39,680 nucleotides of DNA from Welwitschia mirabilis (GCA_051453625.1 JBOZIK010000001.1:20040684-20080363); one strand, 5' to 3'; numbered from the stretch's first letter, positions 24,301-35,494 are shown. Translations and numbers: made by a program. The notes: generated from the letters alone by a model not told the origin.

Positions 24301-25189
24301 CAAGGCAGCATCTGTAAGAATTTCATGGCAGTTTTCACGTATTCTACCAATCCTTGTAGCATCTTCAGTTAGTGGAATATCCTGTCACAGTCAAAATTTA
24401 AGACCCCAACTGTGAAAGAGTACAATGCTAAAATTATCCTAACATCCATTTACAAGATGGATATGATGCAGTGTCAGTGTATCAAAATAGCAGGCAATAT
24501 ACAAACCTTTGCAACAACCTGAACAAGGTCTTTTGCCAGGATCATGAATGTCTTAATATGAGCCTTCTGTAGGTTATCCTTGTAATTATCTTTTCTATCT
24601 CCCTGCACGCCATCTTTGATTAGGCGGGCCATCTTTAAAACAATGCCTGTGGAAACATGGGCACAACATTATGCCTGAATTGAAATCAAAAATTGAGCTA
24701 ACATAAAGTCTAGGGAAGAAACAGTCAGTGAAACACTAAGGCTCTTGAAAATATTATACCCAGAAAATCAAAAATTAAATGTTAAAAAGATGTGAAATGG
24801 ATGACAGAATACAAACCATAATCTTTATCAATATTGGCTGTATGAAATATTCCAGAGTAGATAGATCCATTTTTCACATGGACTTCCACAGGCTGGCCAA
24901 TCAGAAGCATTGTTAAAAAGAGCAAACGGTTATTTGAAATCCTTTCCTCAGATCTGCCTTTATTCCTGCCGAAGGAGTCTTCCAATGAAAGCCCAACATT
25001 ATCAGCCGGACTAATATTCTCTGCATTGAAATGGTAATTGGCCAAATTGATGGAAACACCTGAACCTGACCTCAAAGAGCAGCCTATCTTATCAGACCGT
25101 GCATTTATATCTTTTTCAGATCGACGACGAATGGAACTGGGGCCATTAGCAGCAAGAGCCTTATATTGCATTGATTGCTTTTGATTCAT
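1332..25189 (-). CDS. ATXN2: Ataxin-2-like / PABP-interacting (CID) protein, spliced gene with 11 coding exons, 3' end incomplete: join(25189-24817,24646-24507,24381-24191,23390-23213,23020-22802,15841-15714,15607-15505,14900-14676,14518-14183,1644-1543,1385-1332)
   Basis: Manual splicing gives 683 codons with no stop. Domains recognised: LSm (LIGQPVEVHVKNGSIYSGIFH...GIVLKMARLIKDG), LSmAD ([26 protein letters not shown]...HLAEERG...DEESRFSSV) and tandem PAM2 (KSLLNPNAKEFKLNPNAK). Intron phases are all consistent. Confidence 0.93.
1543..1644 (-). CDS. ATXN2: Ataxin-2-like coding exon 10
   Basis: TTTTGCAG|IIGNSFVTQTPVRHASHASALNQAPGYLHPSNQL|GTGGGA; resembles the plant ataxin-2 C-terminal Q/P/Y region. 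Confidence 0.75.
4558..6447 (-). repeat. 3' LTR of the Athila-like element (interrupted by N gap 4651-5555)
   Basis: Starts TAATGGAGTTTTTGTCAGCCCTGTTCAG, matching 12273; ends TCTTTCA, matching 13144. Confidence 0.85.
5611..5648 (+). repeat. (AG)n microsatellite in the 3' LTR (counterpart at ~12358-12391)
   Basis: Direct inspection. Confidence 0.9.
6914..7224 (-). mobile_element. TRIM copy 1, nested in the Athila 3' region
   Basis: 106-bp LTRs 6914-7019 and 7119-7224 (TGTTGG...CCAACA); PBS TGGTATTAGAGC on the minus strand; perfect TSD GATAG. Confidence 0.92.
8812..11508 (-). pseudogene. Disrupted Athila gag-aspartic protease
   Basis: Gag PVFCG..EDAYSHL...KAKIWFNSLRNHSISSWDDMCTTFLGRY; C-x2-C-x4-H knuckle remnant; protease LIDLGVNVNVMP...PADFVVLE..PLILGRAF; KDLPPHMKY linker; stops and frameshifts. 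Confidence 0.88.
12249..12266 (-). other. Primer-binding site (tRNA-Asp type, Athila)
   Basis: TGGAGCTGTTGTCGGGGA versus Athila consensus TGGCGCCGTTGCCGGGGA, 6 nt from the LTR. Confidence 0.8.
12273..13144 (-). repeat. 5' LTR of the Athila-like element (872 bp, contains an (AG)n tract)
   Basis: Colinear with 4558-4650 plus 5556-6447; TG...CA ends; adjacent PBS. Confidence 0.88.
14183..14518 (-). CDS. ATXN2: Ataxin-2-like coding exon 9 (PAM2 and P/Q-rich region), probable GC donor
   Basis: CTATAG|EFKLNPNAKCYTP...AKVLPYNN...HPGNQ|GCATGT. Confidence 0.85.
14676..14900 (-). CDS. ATXN2: Ataxin-2-like coding exon 8 (Ser-rich; start of PAM2)
   Basis: CTAG|LSYVTSAAVSHQP...SSSKKSLLNPNAK|GTAACA; the acceptor position is slightly uncertain because other CAGs lie nearby. 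Confidence 0.85.
15505..15607 (-). CDS. ATXN2: Ataxin-2-like coding exon 7
   Basis: TTTTTTATTACAG|G DLSNLNLYENVKDG...TFGVYA|GTACGT; phase matches exon 6. Confidence 0.72.
15714..15841 (-). CDS. ATXN2: Ataxin-2-like coding exon 6
   Basis: AATAG|VEAPSYKQLPEE...SEDVK AA|GTAAGT; open frame, phase 0 in and phase 2 out. Confidence 0.75.
16810..17035 (+). pseudogene. Ty1/copia gag (UBN2-like) remnant
   Basis: EDWTNMQEKA.S.I..SLS..I...I...T....LWEKL......A.LN...YL.....KMKE resembles Tnt1/Tork gag. Confidence 0.55.
17806..18161 (+). repeat. Degenerate solo-LTR-like remnant of a related family
   Basis: GTGAAGCCCAA near the start; CCATGGTTTTTCCCATTAGGGTTTCCACATAAATC...TGTGTGTTC near the end; no TSD found. 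Confidence 0.45.
19109..19228 (+). repeat. Tandem ~14-bp GCACAGCAGACGAA repeats inside the hAT 5' region
   Basis: About 7 imperfect copies, some separated by CCTAC(G/A)GGA. Confidence 0.8.
21033..21970 (+). pseudogene. hAT transposase fragment (DUF659-type), with intron 21845-21949
   Basis: WNKSGCSILTNGWSDRRDRNLINFLV...FLKSIDAS...IEEVGPSKVVQ|VVTDNGS; in-frame stops and a frameshift; the usual DGW reads NGW. Confidence 0.88.
22802..23020 (-). CDS. ATXN2: Ataxin-2-like coding exon 5 (end of LSmAD)
   Basis: TTGATAG|ERGICFGNGPDQYDEESRFSSVIR...DDYNEQTFG...TNSSV|GTATGC. Confidence 0.9.
23213..23390 (-). CDS. ATXN2: Ataxin-2-like coding exon 4 (LSmAD), ends at a GC donor
   Basis: TGCAG|A [31 protein letters not shown]...HLAE|GCAAGT; the next exon continues ERG, restoring conserved HLAEERG. 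Confidence 0.92.
24191..24381 (-). CDS. ATXN2: Ataxin-2-like coding exon 3
   Basis: GACAG|DIPLT...EILTDAALA...QRELKPWTPD...LDLENTFQNTRN AG|GTGATT. Confidence 0.92.
24507..24646 (-). CDS. ATXN2: Ataxin-2-like coding exon 2 (LSm)
   Basis: CCACAG|GC ATT: GIVLKMARLIKDG...ILAKDLVQVVAK|GTTTGT. Confidence 0.93.
24817..25189 (-). CDS. ATXN2: Ataxin-2-like coding exon 1 (start codon; N-terminus and first part of LSm)
   Basis: MNQKQ...ANG..RRRSEK...LIGQPVEVHVKNGSIYSGIFHTANIDKDY; donor G|GTTTGT; upstream acceptor TTCCCCCTGCAG| places the exon start at 25219. Confidence 0.93.
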
Positions 25190-26324
25190 GACTTTGTATC
25201 AGAAAGCTAAGAGCGGTATCTGCAGGGGGAACAATGATTTGCTTTCCAAATAATTAAAGTAGCAAAGGCTGGACTAAAAAGCCATCAAATATCAAAAGAA
25301 CAAGAAAATTGAATCAGCTTGCAATGTCAAACAAAGATCGAGAGATTCCACACACCTAAGTAAGTGGAGACAAAGACATATAGCACAGTGATGAACTGAG
25401 TGATTGCTTACAATGACTCCAAACAAGTTTGACTTATTGCAAAAGTTAAGTAGAATACAAAAGGAAAATGATCAACATAAACAAAATCTCTAGGAGATGC
25501 AATGACTGAAAAACAAATCTCTATACATTTTCTTTCAAGAGATGTTTCACAAAAATTAGTCACTGAAACTACCAATACAGCATTTATAGAAATTACAGAA
25601 AGCATTGTTCATTAGGCAGCAGTACCTTTAAAGCAAATTCAAAATAACGCCTCAATTATTCCCAAAAACTGGAAACAAGAGCCAAATGAGCTATGAGTTT
25701 TGAACAACACTACTTAAAACATAAGATATCAAGTCATGAGAAATATAAAAAAAAGTAAAAATATTTCAAGTGTGGAATGAATAATTAAAAACAAATGACA
25801 AGATGTAATGCATCACAAATTCCAAACTAGACTAAGGGGTGCTTATTGTAAGCAGTTCAAAGCTCTTGTGTCAACAGCCTCAACAGAAACAACCAAAGCT
25901 ACATACAACCTTCATAGGCTAAGTGATACCCAAACCATAAATCTAGGGTCTTAAACAGATAAGAAACCATGATGGCATTTTACAAAATAGCACCACTGTT
26001 GTCATTAATCACCAAATCCCATCAGTTAAAACATCCAACTGAGATGATTCTATTAACTTAACAATCTTGTATAACAATATAAGGTACCAGTCGAAAAATA
26101 ATCAAAATTTACCCCAAAAAAAGGAAAAAGAAAACATAGATTTGGTTGCAGAATATGACAATGTAAGGAGTAATTAATACAAATCAAAAAGCATATGGCC
26201 AAGTAAATGAACATAAATCAGAACTGCATATCATCATCAAGAATGAAAAGGATATGAATATGTTATATTTTAAATGGAAACAATTAAAAGGAAAAACAGT
26301 TAACAAATTGACAGCTAAGAGTTG

Positions 26325-26639
26325 TGTTGGGTAAGCACTCCCCATGCCCAACCCGACAAGTGGGTAAAATATGATGGGTTCTAGTTTTCACCTAAGTCAT
26401 GGCATTTGGTGTGATGGTAAAGGGCCCAACAATTGGTATCAGAGCCATGGTTGTTGGCTGGTCTCGGGTTCAAGTCTCCCTAGTGGCTTCCCGGTTCATG
26501 TGAGCACTTGCAATGTGGATCAAGGGGGAAATTGTTGGGTATGCACTCCCCATGCCAACCCCGACAAGTGGGTAAAATATGATGGGTTTCCGTTTCCACT
26601 CAAGTCATGGCTTTTGGTGTGATGGTAAAGGGCCCAAGA
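26325..26639 (+). mobile_element. TRIM copy 2
   Basis: 107-bp LTRs 26325-26431 and 26533-26639; PBS TGGTATCAGAGCC at 26434; PPT AAGGGGGAAA; perfect TSD AGTTG. Confidence 0.94.
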
Positions 26640-29600
26640 AGTTGAGCATTCAATATAAAAGTATGCACACATATAGAACCAAAGAACATACCCAATATAA
26701 GCATGTTTTAATGAATAACAATATAGCTTGGAATAAAACAAGCAACGTGATAGAAAGATGGGACTAATCCAAAGAGTAGATGTGCAAACGGATCTTCATG
26801 AATATAAATACTCATTGATTGAACTTTGGAAGCATAAGCCTTTGGCTGGCATCAATATCACACACATTTTTCGCCACACAGAATGTTGGTTTCATAATTT
26901 GCCAATAACACACATAAACATTTGTGTTTATATATGTTAGGAAACACTGAACAAAATAGCAAAGAAAACTTAAGGAACATTTAACGAGGTTCAAAACCTC
27001 ATAAACAATGCAAAACTCTTTTATTAGAACAGCGAAAAGCCTCTTGTAATCTTTCTCAACCCATGCTTCCCTTTTATAAACTCATTTTAACGTTTCACTC
27101 TGCAAAAAATTAATTTAAAAAAATAAAACTTAACATTGACTCAACTCCCCACCCACATAAGTTACAAAATAACTTTTACAACATTATAACATTAAATACC
27201 ATTCAAGTCAATTAAAAAGAACATCAAAAAAGGGGAAGATTTGGATTCATATTCTGGTACATGAATTCAATGTAAATTTGCTATTCTAACAAACCTAGAA
27301 GTCCCAAGTTCCAACTTATAAAATACTATCATGTATATCAAGGACAAAAACAACTAGAAAATCAAAATTAATTTTTCAGAACATTATATTTAAAAATCTG
27401 TAAGTCTATAAATCTATTTAGGTCTAATATTGCAGCTCTGAAATCATAAAAAGAAATATAAAACCCTAGTCCTAAAACTTTTCTTTTATTTAAACTCTTA
27501 AACCTTGTTTAAAAAATTGATTTCTCATTTAAGAAAATCTTAAGTTAAGGGCAAGAGATCAAAGTAGATTCAGAAGATTTGTTGAATCTGAAGATACGTC
27601 TGCTAAAAATGCACAGAAGAAAATTTGTCCTTTTTCTGCTTTTAAGACTCACAACTAATTGCATATAATATGCACTTATTACCCTATCCTAGTTTATCAT
27701 AGGCGAACCAACCAAAAAAATAAAAAACAATTTGGTCCCAATTTGGATGAAATTGAATGCAGAATGTAGACTAATCACACGTCAGGTGATTAATCCTTAG
27801 GCAGGGCGATTAATAGTCAGTTTAGATATCTATGGTTGGTATTACAAGAAAAAGGGCCACCTTAAAGGAATTTTGGAAACACGAGGCAAGGAATAATCAG
27901 AGCAAGACAAGAAGCAGCTTTACACAGATCACTGAACTTTACATGTGATGGGAATGTCATACGTTCCAATATATTTGGAGGCTTTTGTCCAAATGCTCAA
28001 TTTAGGACATGTTTTGTCTTGAGGACATGATATCAAGTTAAAAGGGTATTTTTTTGATAGTGTTGTCTAAATGGATGATTATTGGACCTCTACAACTCAA
28101 ATATTTGAATGCTTGATCACTTAATTTGGCCAATGTGTGTGATGCCTTGAATTGGCAAAAGAACACTTATTGCTATATCATAACTTGATAAATATAGTTG
28201 CACAATTATGTTTGGCAATAGCAGATGTAAGATGGGTAGAGGTGTCATCACCCTTGCTAAAGGAACCAAGGATGCATCGTTTATGCATATATTCTATATT
28301 TATATTTATTTATTATAGTTCCTTATTAATTTTTTCTTTTTTCCTTTTATGGAAAAGGTTTATTCATGGAAAACCATATCACACTTAACAAGTCATTTGT
28401 CTACTTGACTAGATGAAAACCACGACGTATCCCTTGTTGACCTAGGAGTTGGTCATCAAATGTCTAAGTCTCATCTATGATCCATACCAAAGGCATTACC
28501 ACGTGCACCAATGGTGCTTGAAATACATTGGTAGAACCACAAGCCAACCCACACTTCATTAAAAAACTAAAGATCTTGAAGTTGACCACTTATAGACATG
28601 GGTCAAACCAAATATGCTATGCATCAACTTCCTTAAATAAAGATTATTGATCTCAGACATGCATCCAATTCCTTTTTTTCCTTTTCTTTTTGGCATTTAT
28701 TCTTTTTATATTAACTTTCAATACTAATTTCTAACATAGTACTAAAGTTGAATCATTCAGTAGAAAGAGAAAATAATGAAGAAATATCACCTAAAAAATG
28801 TTGAGTCTACCAAAGATTAACTTCTTCAATTATTTGCTTCAATAAAACAAGAACTTGTCCCAAAAAAAGAAGATCCAACTGGAAAAGAAGAAGAGAATGT
28901 TCAAGTAGTTCATGAAATCCCCATTAAGCAATCATATGGTATTGAACCAAATGATTAGTCTTTCACATATTTGAAATTTGAATATGAAAGGATTACAGTG
29001 AATAAAAAACTCAATGGTTGTTTTCTTAAGAGACATCATGCAACCATTGTAGATGAGGAAAGTATCAAAGAAAAGAAACCAGTTTGATGCAAGTTCATAG
29101 AATCACAAAACCACTACAGCCTCAAAATCCATCACATTAAGCACTCTTTTCTAATATGATAATCAGAAAGTTCCAAAAAAAAAAAGTCAAGCAAAAAAAG
29201 ACTTTATATGTTCTGAAATTGTGCCTAGGCAAGCAAAGGAAGACACTATTCCCATTATCCATGAAGGTATCAAAGTCAAAAAAAAAAAAAAAAGGTGTTA
29301 AGAAAAGAGCTATTAGATTCACTCAAGAGAGTGGCTTCAACCTTGTCTTATTTTGTTTCAGAGAGGTGGAGATAAGATATCAAGCCTTCCATATAAAATC
29401 TATATGTGGTAGTGCCACCTAATAAAAACCTTTAGATTCACTCCACTTTTCACGTAACCCATCTCTTTGAATCTCCATTATCACACTTACCATTGTGTCA
29501 TCTTTTTTGTTTCATCATAACCACCTCAATGGTTATTCTATAGTTACCATCTAATACCCTTTGTATTCATTTAATACAACTCCTGTTTTGAAGAGTTCAC

Positions 29601-30682
29601 ACTCCTATTATTAGTGGTGCACCAGCCACAATAGAACCGTATTTTTAATTCAGGGGGAACTTTCTATATTCTTCTATCGATACTAAACACTTGCAATATA
29701 ATCTTAACCATTACCTATAGAATTGCTTTTATCGAAAGCACATCCCTCGTGTGGATTTACAAGGTAATTACTATGCACCTAGACAACACTATCAATGATC
29801 TTTATCCATACTAGTCACAGGGACTTTCATTTGCCTCATCATACATTACGTACATACTCATAATTGTCTTTATTATTCTCCATTCTGATCCATTCAAATA
29901 TGCCAAGTTCTAGCTCAATCTTTAAAATTTATCATCATACCATTTTTTAAAAGAACACATTACCAACCATTACGTTTATTCGATACACCCTAACATATTT
30001 ATTCATCACAATACATCATATTTTATATGTGGCCCCACGCATTTCGTGATTAAATAAATAAAAGTTGTTACCTATAAAATATAAAGAACATAAAATAAGA
30101 TCACATTCGAACAATATGATAACTCCCATATTTCATCATCATCATACCATCTCAGAAAACATCATATTGTTCTAGCATCATGTGCCCTTTGTCTCCACAT
30201 GGTGTGCTCCTCACGTTATGCCATGCACTCCTCATTTCGTGTATGACCAGATATTCATCCATATCATGTATGAAATACACTAACATTGGCCATCCCATAT
30301 TGTTATGACATGAAGAAATTGATTGATTAAAAAATAGTTAGTTTATTAAAGAGAATATACTTAATGTTGTGCAACAACCATATGAAAAAGTCCTTTACCA
30401 AAATTATCATGAAAAGTCATGTCCCCAAGCAATAACACTTACAGAACTAAGTAGCTGCAAAAGTATCTTAAAAATGAAAAAGTAGAGAAATGTATCTTCT
30501 AGTATTGTTAACACATCACTTACAAGTGTCACTTAAGGAATAACCATCAAAACCAAAGGATGCTAGAAGTCCATGAAGAAGAATGAATACTTGACTGGAT
30601 ACCATAAAAAGTGAAGTATGAAGAGCTAGCTAAAGATCAAGATCAAAAAAGCATTAAGTGTTTGTTTAGAATGGAAACGAGG

Positions 30683-32240
30683 TGTTAGGAGTTAAACATG
30701 TGGATAATTTGACACAACAAAATGGTAAAAACAGCAACATAGAAAGAAAAAGAACACAACCAGTTAACCTGTCTCTGGCCCTCACCTACCCTACATGCAT
30801 GAGAACAATGCAAAGCTCTCATAGTTCTTCAAGAATACAAGGCACAGCCTATCTTGCTTCTGCAAGGTGTTACAAACATAGCAATGGTTGCAACACAAAA
30901 AACTCTCAAGCAAGCACCCAAGCCTTGTTTCTTTTCACATGTATTGGTCTAATTGTCTTTCCTTTGCGCTAATACCATGTTGTATAGCTTGTAGTAGGGT
31001 TCAAATTCTGAGTTGACATCGACATGACTTCTAGTCACATATAAATAGCTATAAATGACTATTACATTACAAGGACTTGAATAGCCACTTTAGATGGAGA
31101 TTTAAAAATAAATGGAAACATAAAATCTAGAGAGAATATCTCGCTTTACTTTTTCAACAATTCTTCCTCTTGAAGACAAATATACCCAACCTTCAATGAA
31201 ACACGAGACTCATCATTCCAAACAGCCATAGCTAATGTTACAACCATCACAAGCTTTCCTCCACCTCTGGATTCTCATTGTCTTTGTTGAAACATCAACA
31301 ACATTCTTCTTCTTGTTGTACATCTTCTAAGGTCTTCCACTATGACTTCCCTAATGAAGTGAAACTTCACGTTAATGTGTCTTGTCCTCCCATGCAAAGT
31401 TAAGTTTCTAACCAATAGTGCCTTTTGCCTACATAAATGTTTTTTGGGGAAAAAGGGGTAGTTTTTGTACTTTAAGCCAAAAGAAAAACGAAACCTGCAT
31501 AACCAAATACCTTCTTGCATCCCTCCATAAGAGCCATTTATTTAACTTCTATGGAAGACAACTTCACCAAGGTTTGAAGCCTTGATAACCAACTAACTAC
31601 AACTCCATTAACAGATGCTCGACCTTTACAGCTTCATGCTATGAGCTAGGATAACCTTTGCTGAACAAACCTAAAATGGAAACCTAATGGAGCATTCACA
31701 AGCTTGGCATTGTTCCATGCAAATAAAATAATCTAACTAGCTTCTCGAGCATACATTGTCTTACATGAAGGTATCAACCTCCTTATACCATTGTCTTGAG
31801 GCCTATTTTTAAGCCATAAAGCCTCTTCTTTAAAAACATATAAGATAAAGCTGCTATCACTATGGAGAAGTGTGGTCTTGTTATCTAGTTGTTCCATTTC
31901 TAAACTAAAGCATGCAACAAGCAATAAACTAATTGATCTTAAAAATGCTTCATAATAGGAGAAAAGATTTTAGTGAAGCCAATTACTAGCTCTTGTGCAA
32001 AGCACTTTAACACCAAATTGCCTTTGTACCTCTTCTCTCTATTTCCCTCTTTCACGATTCTAAAAATCCACCTATCTAAAGAGCTTTGTGTCCCTGGAAA
32101 ATTCTACCAATTCCCACTGTTGTTTTGCTACAAGGAAATGCATTACTCTCATTTCTTTCTATTTAGTTACTTCAGCACATGAATTTGCTTCTTCAATTGC
32201 TTTAAATCCTCCCATATTTGTATATAACACATAATGCAAA
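30683..32240 (-). mobile_element. Truncated Ty1/copia element: RT/RNase H remnant, PPT and 3' LTR (30683-31159)
   Basis: LEMEQLDNKTTLLH (RT) and HGRTRHINVKFHFIREVI (RNase H); PPT AAGAGGAAGAA next to TGTTGA; other LTR end TGTTAG at 30683. Confidence 0.75.
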
Positions 32241-32928
32241 GCAGAGGAATACCCTTGAGGAAGCTGTTTCTTGGAAGTAAAGCCAAATCTCTTGATATTA
32301 TTTATTTTTTTATAATGTGACTTTATATATTTTTATATAGTCCCTTTTCTTGTTGTAATATTAAAAAGAAAAAGGGAAGTTAAATNNNNNNNNNNNNNNN
32401 NNNNNNNNNNNNNNNNNNNNNNNNNNNNNNNNNNNNNNNNNNNNNNNNNNNNNNNNNNNNNNNNNNNNNNNNNNNNNNNNNNNNNNNNNNNNNNNNNNNN
32501 NNNNNNNNNNNNNNNNNNNNNNNNNNNNNNNNNNNNNNNNNNNNNNNNNNNNNNNNNNNNNGCTTCCAGGGTTGGTCCCCACATTGGGGTTTTCCACGTA
32601 AATATGATGTGTTGATATTTGCATTTTGCTTTTGCTTTGCTGTATTTTTGTAACAACTGGTATCAGAGCGAGGTTCGAAGTACTTTCCATTTGAATATCT
32701 TTTAGAGGCCCTTTGCGAGCGCGCGAAGCGCGCGAGCCTAAATTTATGCAGACGGTCATCATTCTTCGTCTAGTACCTATTCTTTTCATATTGATAATGG
32801 AGAGGTTGCAGACAGCAGATAAGCTCGTNNNNNNNNNNNNNNNNNNNNNNNNNNNNNNNNNNNNNNNNNNNNNNNNNNNNNNNNNNNNNNNNNNNNNNNN
32901 NNNNNNNNNNNNNNNNNNNNNNNNNNNN

Positions 32929-34075
32929 TGTAGAGATAATTGATTTCAATGATGAGCAAGAACTGGCAACAACGCACCTTTTCATGTGCAAATTAGAAGC
33001 TGTGCCACCCGGGACGTCCAATTCTCAAACCGGGACGTTCGACCCTGTATACGGCAGAACATATAGGGACGTCCGACCTACTACCTAGGACGTCCGGATT
33101 ACAACGCGGTCCAAAAGTACTGGGACGTCCGACCTGCTACCTGGGAAGTCCGGCTTACAACGCGATCCAAATGTATTGGGACGTCTGACTTGCTACCTGG
33201 GACATCCGGATTAGAACGCAGTCAAAATGTACTGGGACGTCCGACCTGCAAGACGAGACGTCCGGACTTGAACGCGGAAAAGATATATAGGGACGTCCGG
33301 ATCTGAAACTGAGACGTCTGGATCTAACCCAGAAACTAAATGTTATAACCAGGGTGTCCGGTACAAAGAAGTGGGACGTCCGACCTAAAAAAATATGAAC
33401 ATTGCAGATGTCAGAACGACGCGGTTTTCAAGCGAAAACGTCTTGGGCAGCGGTTAGAACTCCTTTGGGATGCAGCCCAAATGTTTATAACAGCAGACCA
33501 ACGGTTAAGGATCTCATCAAAAGGATCCAACAGCTATTTTCATTGTGATGTCTATATAAGTCATTCAAAACCCACTTGAAATGGTTATTGTTTCAAACTG
33601 GTTGTAAAATCATCTCTGTCATTCTTCTATATGTACTTCACTAAGTGATCTATTGAAGAAGGAATCCTTTGTGCTAAAATTGCTGATGTATTGTGCTCAA
33701 GGCATCCTTACCATCAGAATCCTCCATTGTTGAATTGCTTTGAAGCTTGTTGAAGCAAGCTTGTAATCCCCAGGAGAAGGGATTGAATGTAACCTTGAGG
33801 AAAGGTGTTGCCCAGAGTGATTGGGTGTTTTGATAAGGGAACCAGGAGGCTGAAAGCACGTTGCTGCCCCCTGTGAGTGGAGTAGGCAAGGATTGCCGAA
33901 CCACTATAAATCTGGTGCATTGTCTCTTGTTTCATGTGCATTGTTATTAGTTTATTTTCTTGATTGATTTTATATCTCAGATTAATTGTGAAGATTTAGA
34001 TTCATATTCATATTTCACAATAAATTTAATTTACCCTATTCACCCCCCCTCTAGGGTGCTTCTTTGATCCTAACA
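32929..34075 (+). mobile_element. Sirevirus (SIRE)-type LTR
   Basis: Palindromic GGACGTCC repeat cluster; TATA box CTATATAAG (~33552); CTATTCACCCCCCCTCTAG motif near the 3' end; ends CCTAACA; the left edge abuts a gap. Confidence 0.75.
33011..33385 (+). repeat. GGGACGTCCG repeat array, 56-bp period (21+35)
   Basis: Motif at about 33011, 33032, 33066, 33087, 33122, 33143, 33178, 33199, 33234, 33255, 33290, 33311, 33352 and 33373. Confidence 0.88.
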
Positions 34076-34894
34076 TTTTCCACGTAAATATGGTGTGTTG
34101 ATATTTGCATTTTGCTTTTGCTTTGCTGTATTTTTCTAACATGTTTAACTCTGATAAAACATCTCACACACTCGAAGGTATTTATTGTGAAATACCAAGG
34201 CATAGCATAATGCGAAGGCTAGCCTAGATTGCCGAGTCGTGAAACAAAAAAATGTTGAATGCAAATGCAAGAAGAACAATAATAAAAATAACATGCAACA
34301 AGGAAAAATAAAACAAGCAAGGTACGCTGAGATTTAACATGGTTCAGCAATGCACCTACCTCCACAGGAAAGAGGATTTGCCTTTCTTGTTACAAAAGGA
34401 ACAACGAAATAAAAGAGACTACAACTCAAATCTGCAATACAATAGCAACATCCTAGAGCACTACTAGCTCCTCTTCCTCAGCCAAGACACTCACAACCCT
34501 AAACAAGCCAACAATGCTTGTGATCCTACACAATTGAATGTGGTGTGATGATCTAAATTGTAATGCAACGAGTTCTTCCTATGGCCATTTATGTAGACCC
34601 ACAGCTGGGGTTACATAGGGAAAATCCTAAAATAAGCATACTTTGTCATTGATTATTTGGGGTTCATGCTTATCTTGGGTATGTTAGTTTGGGATAGAAA
34701 ATAACATGCCAACCTTAAAACAAACAAGGCATGGTTGGCAAATATATAACTTAGAGTAAGGCTAAATGGAGAATAAAACAAAGGAGTCAAATGACAAAAA
34801 AGATGAAAGAGCCAATTTAAGGCTCATATTCGAATAGTATTGATGGGTGATTCTTAGTGGCCATGCCAATCACCATTGTAAGAGTTGTCACCAT

Positions 34895-34939
34895 TATCAT
34901 CATCATCTTCTTCTTCTTCTTTTTCTTCTTCTTCTTCTT
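34895..34939 (+). repeat. (ATC)n(TTC)n compound microsatellite
   Basis: Direct inspection. Confidence 0.85.
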
Positions 34940-35494
34940 GACCTATAACTTTTATTGTAAGAACTTGTTATTCCTCTTGCTCATTTTCAATTTCATCCTT
35001 CACCTTGTAAGACAAATGTGGGAAGCTAGAATCCAGTTCACTCTGATTCTTGTTCTAGCATCCATAGGACATTATATTCTTTCAAAAAGTGTTGCATACT
35101 TGAAACAATGGGGAAGGTGATATTGGAAAAACAAAAATTTCTCATTAATGTGTTAACTATTGCAAAAACTATAGTCGTGAAATATAAAAGGAAGGAAATC
35201 AAATGAGGACAAGCCTATGTGCATGAGGATTTCAAACTAGACTGGAAGCAAGTAGCAAAATTCATTTTTTAGGAAGTATCACTTCGAAAGCTCGTTCAAG
35301 AGATATTTCAAATTGTTGATGACATCCCTCTCAAGGATTTAATTTTCTATAAGAAGGAAAAAGACAAATGCAAATATATTCAGAACAAGAGGAAGAACCT
35401 AGAGTATTAGTCCTTAAAATGTCTTTTAAAACTATGGTTCTTAAACTTTGGAGGGAAGAAATGCAAGAGAAAATATAGGAACTAAGGTGAAAAT

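Larger units (their letters stand above)
32265..34141 (+). mobile_element. Copia-type LTR element (collapsed by gaps) with its 3' LTR interrupted by a Sirevirus LTR
   Basis: LTR ending ...TTTTTGTAACA at 32655 followed by tRNA-iMet PBS TGGTATCAGAGC (32658); the same LTR tail recurs at 34076-34141. Confidence 0.65.

Noticed and set aside
26434..26490. Possible tRNA gene or SINE (B-box-like motif)
   Set aside because: No cloverleaf or poly-A/T tail; it lies between TRIM LTRs.
26935..27291. TGTTAG...CTAACA solo-LTR candidate (similar candidates at 13145-13471 and ~34253-34706)
   Set aside because: LTR-like composition, but no matching TSD and uncertain boundaries.
33011..33385. CRISPR-like repeat-spacer appearance
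   Set aside because: Spacers are mutually homologous, repeats are only ~10 bp, the context is a eukaryotic LTR, and there are no cas genes.
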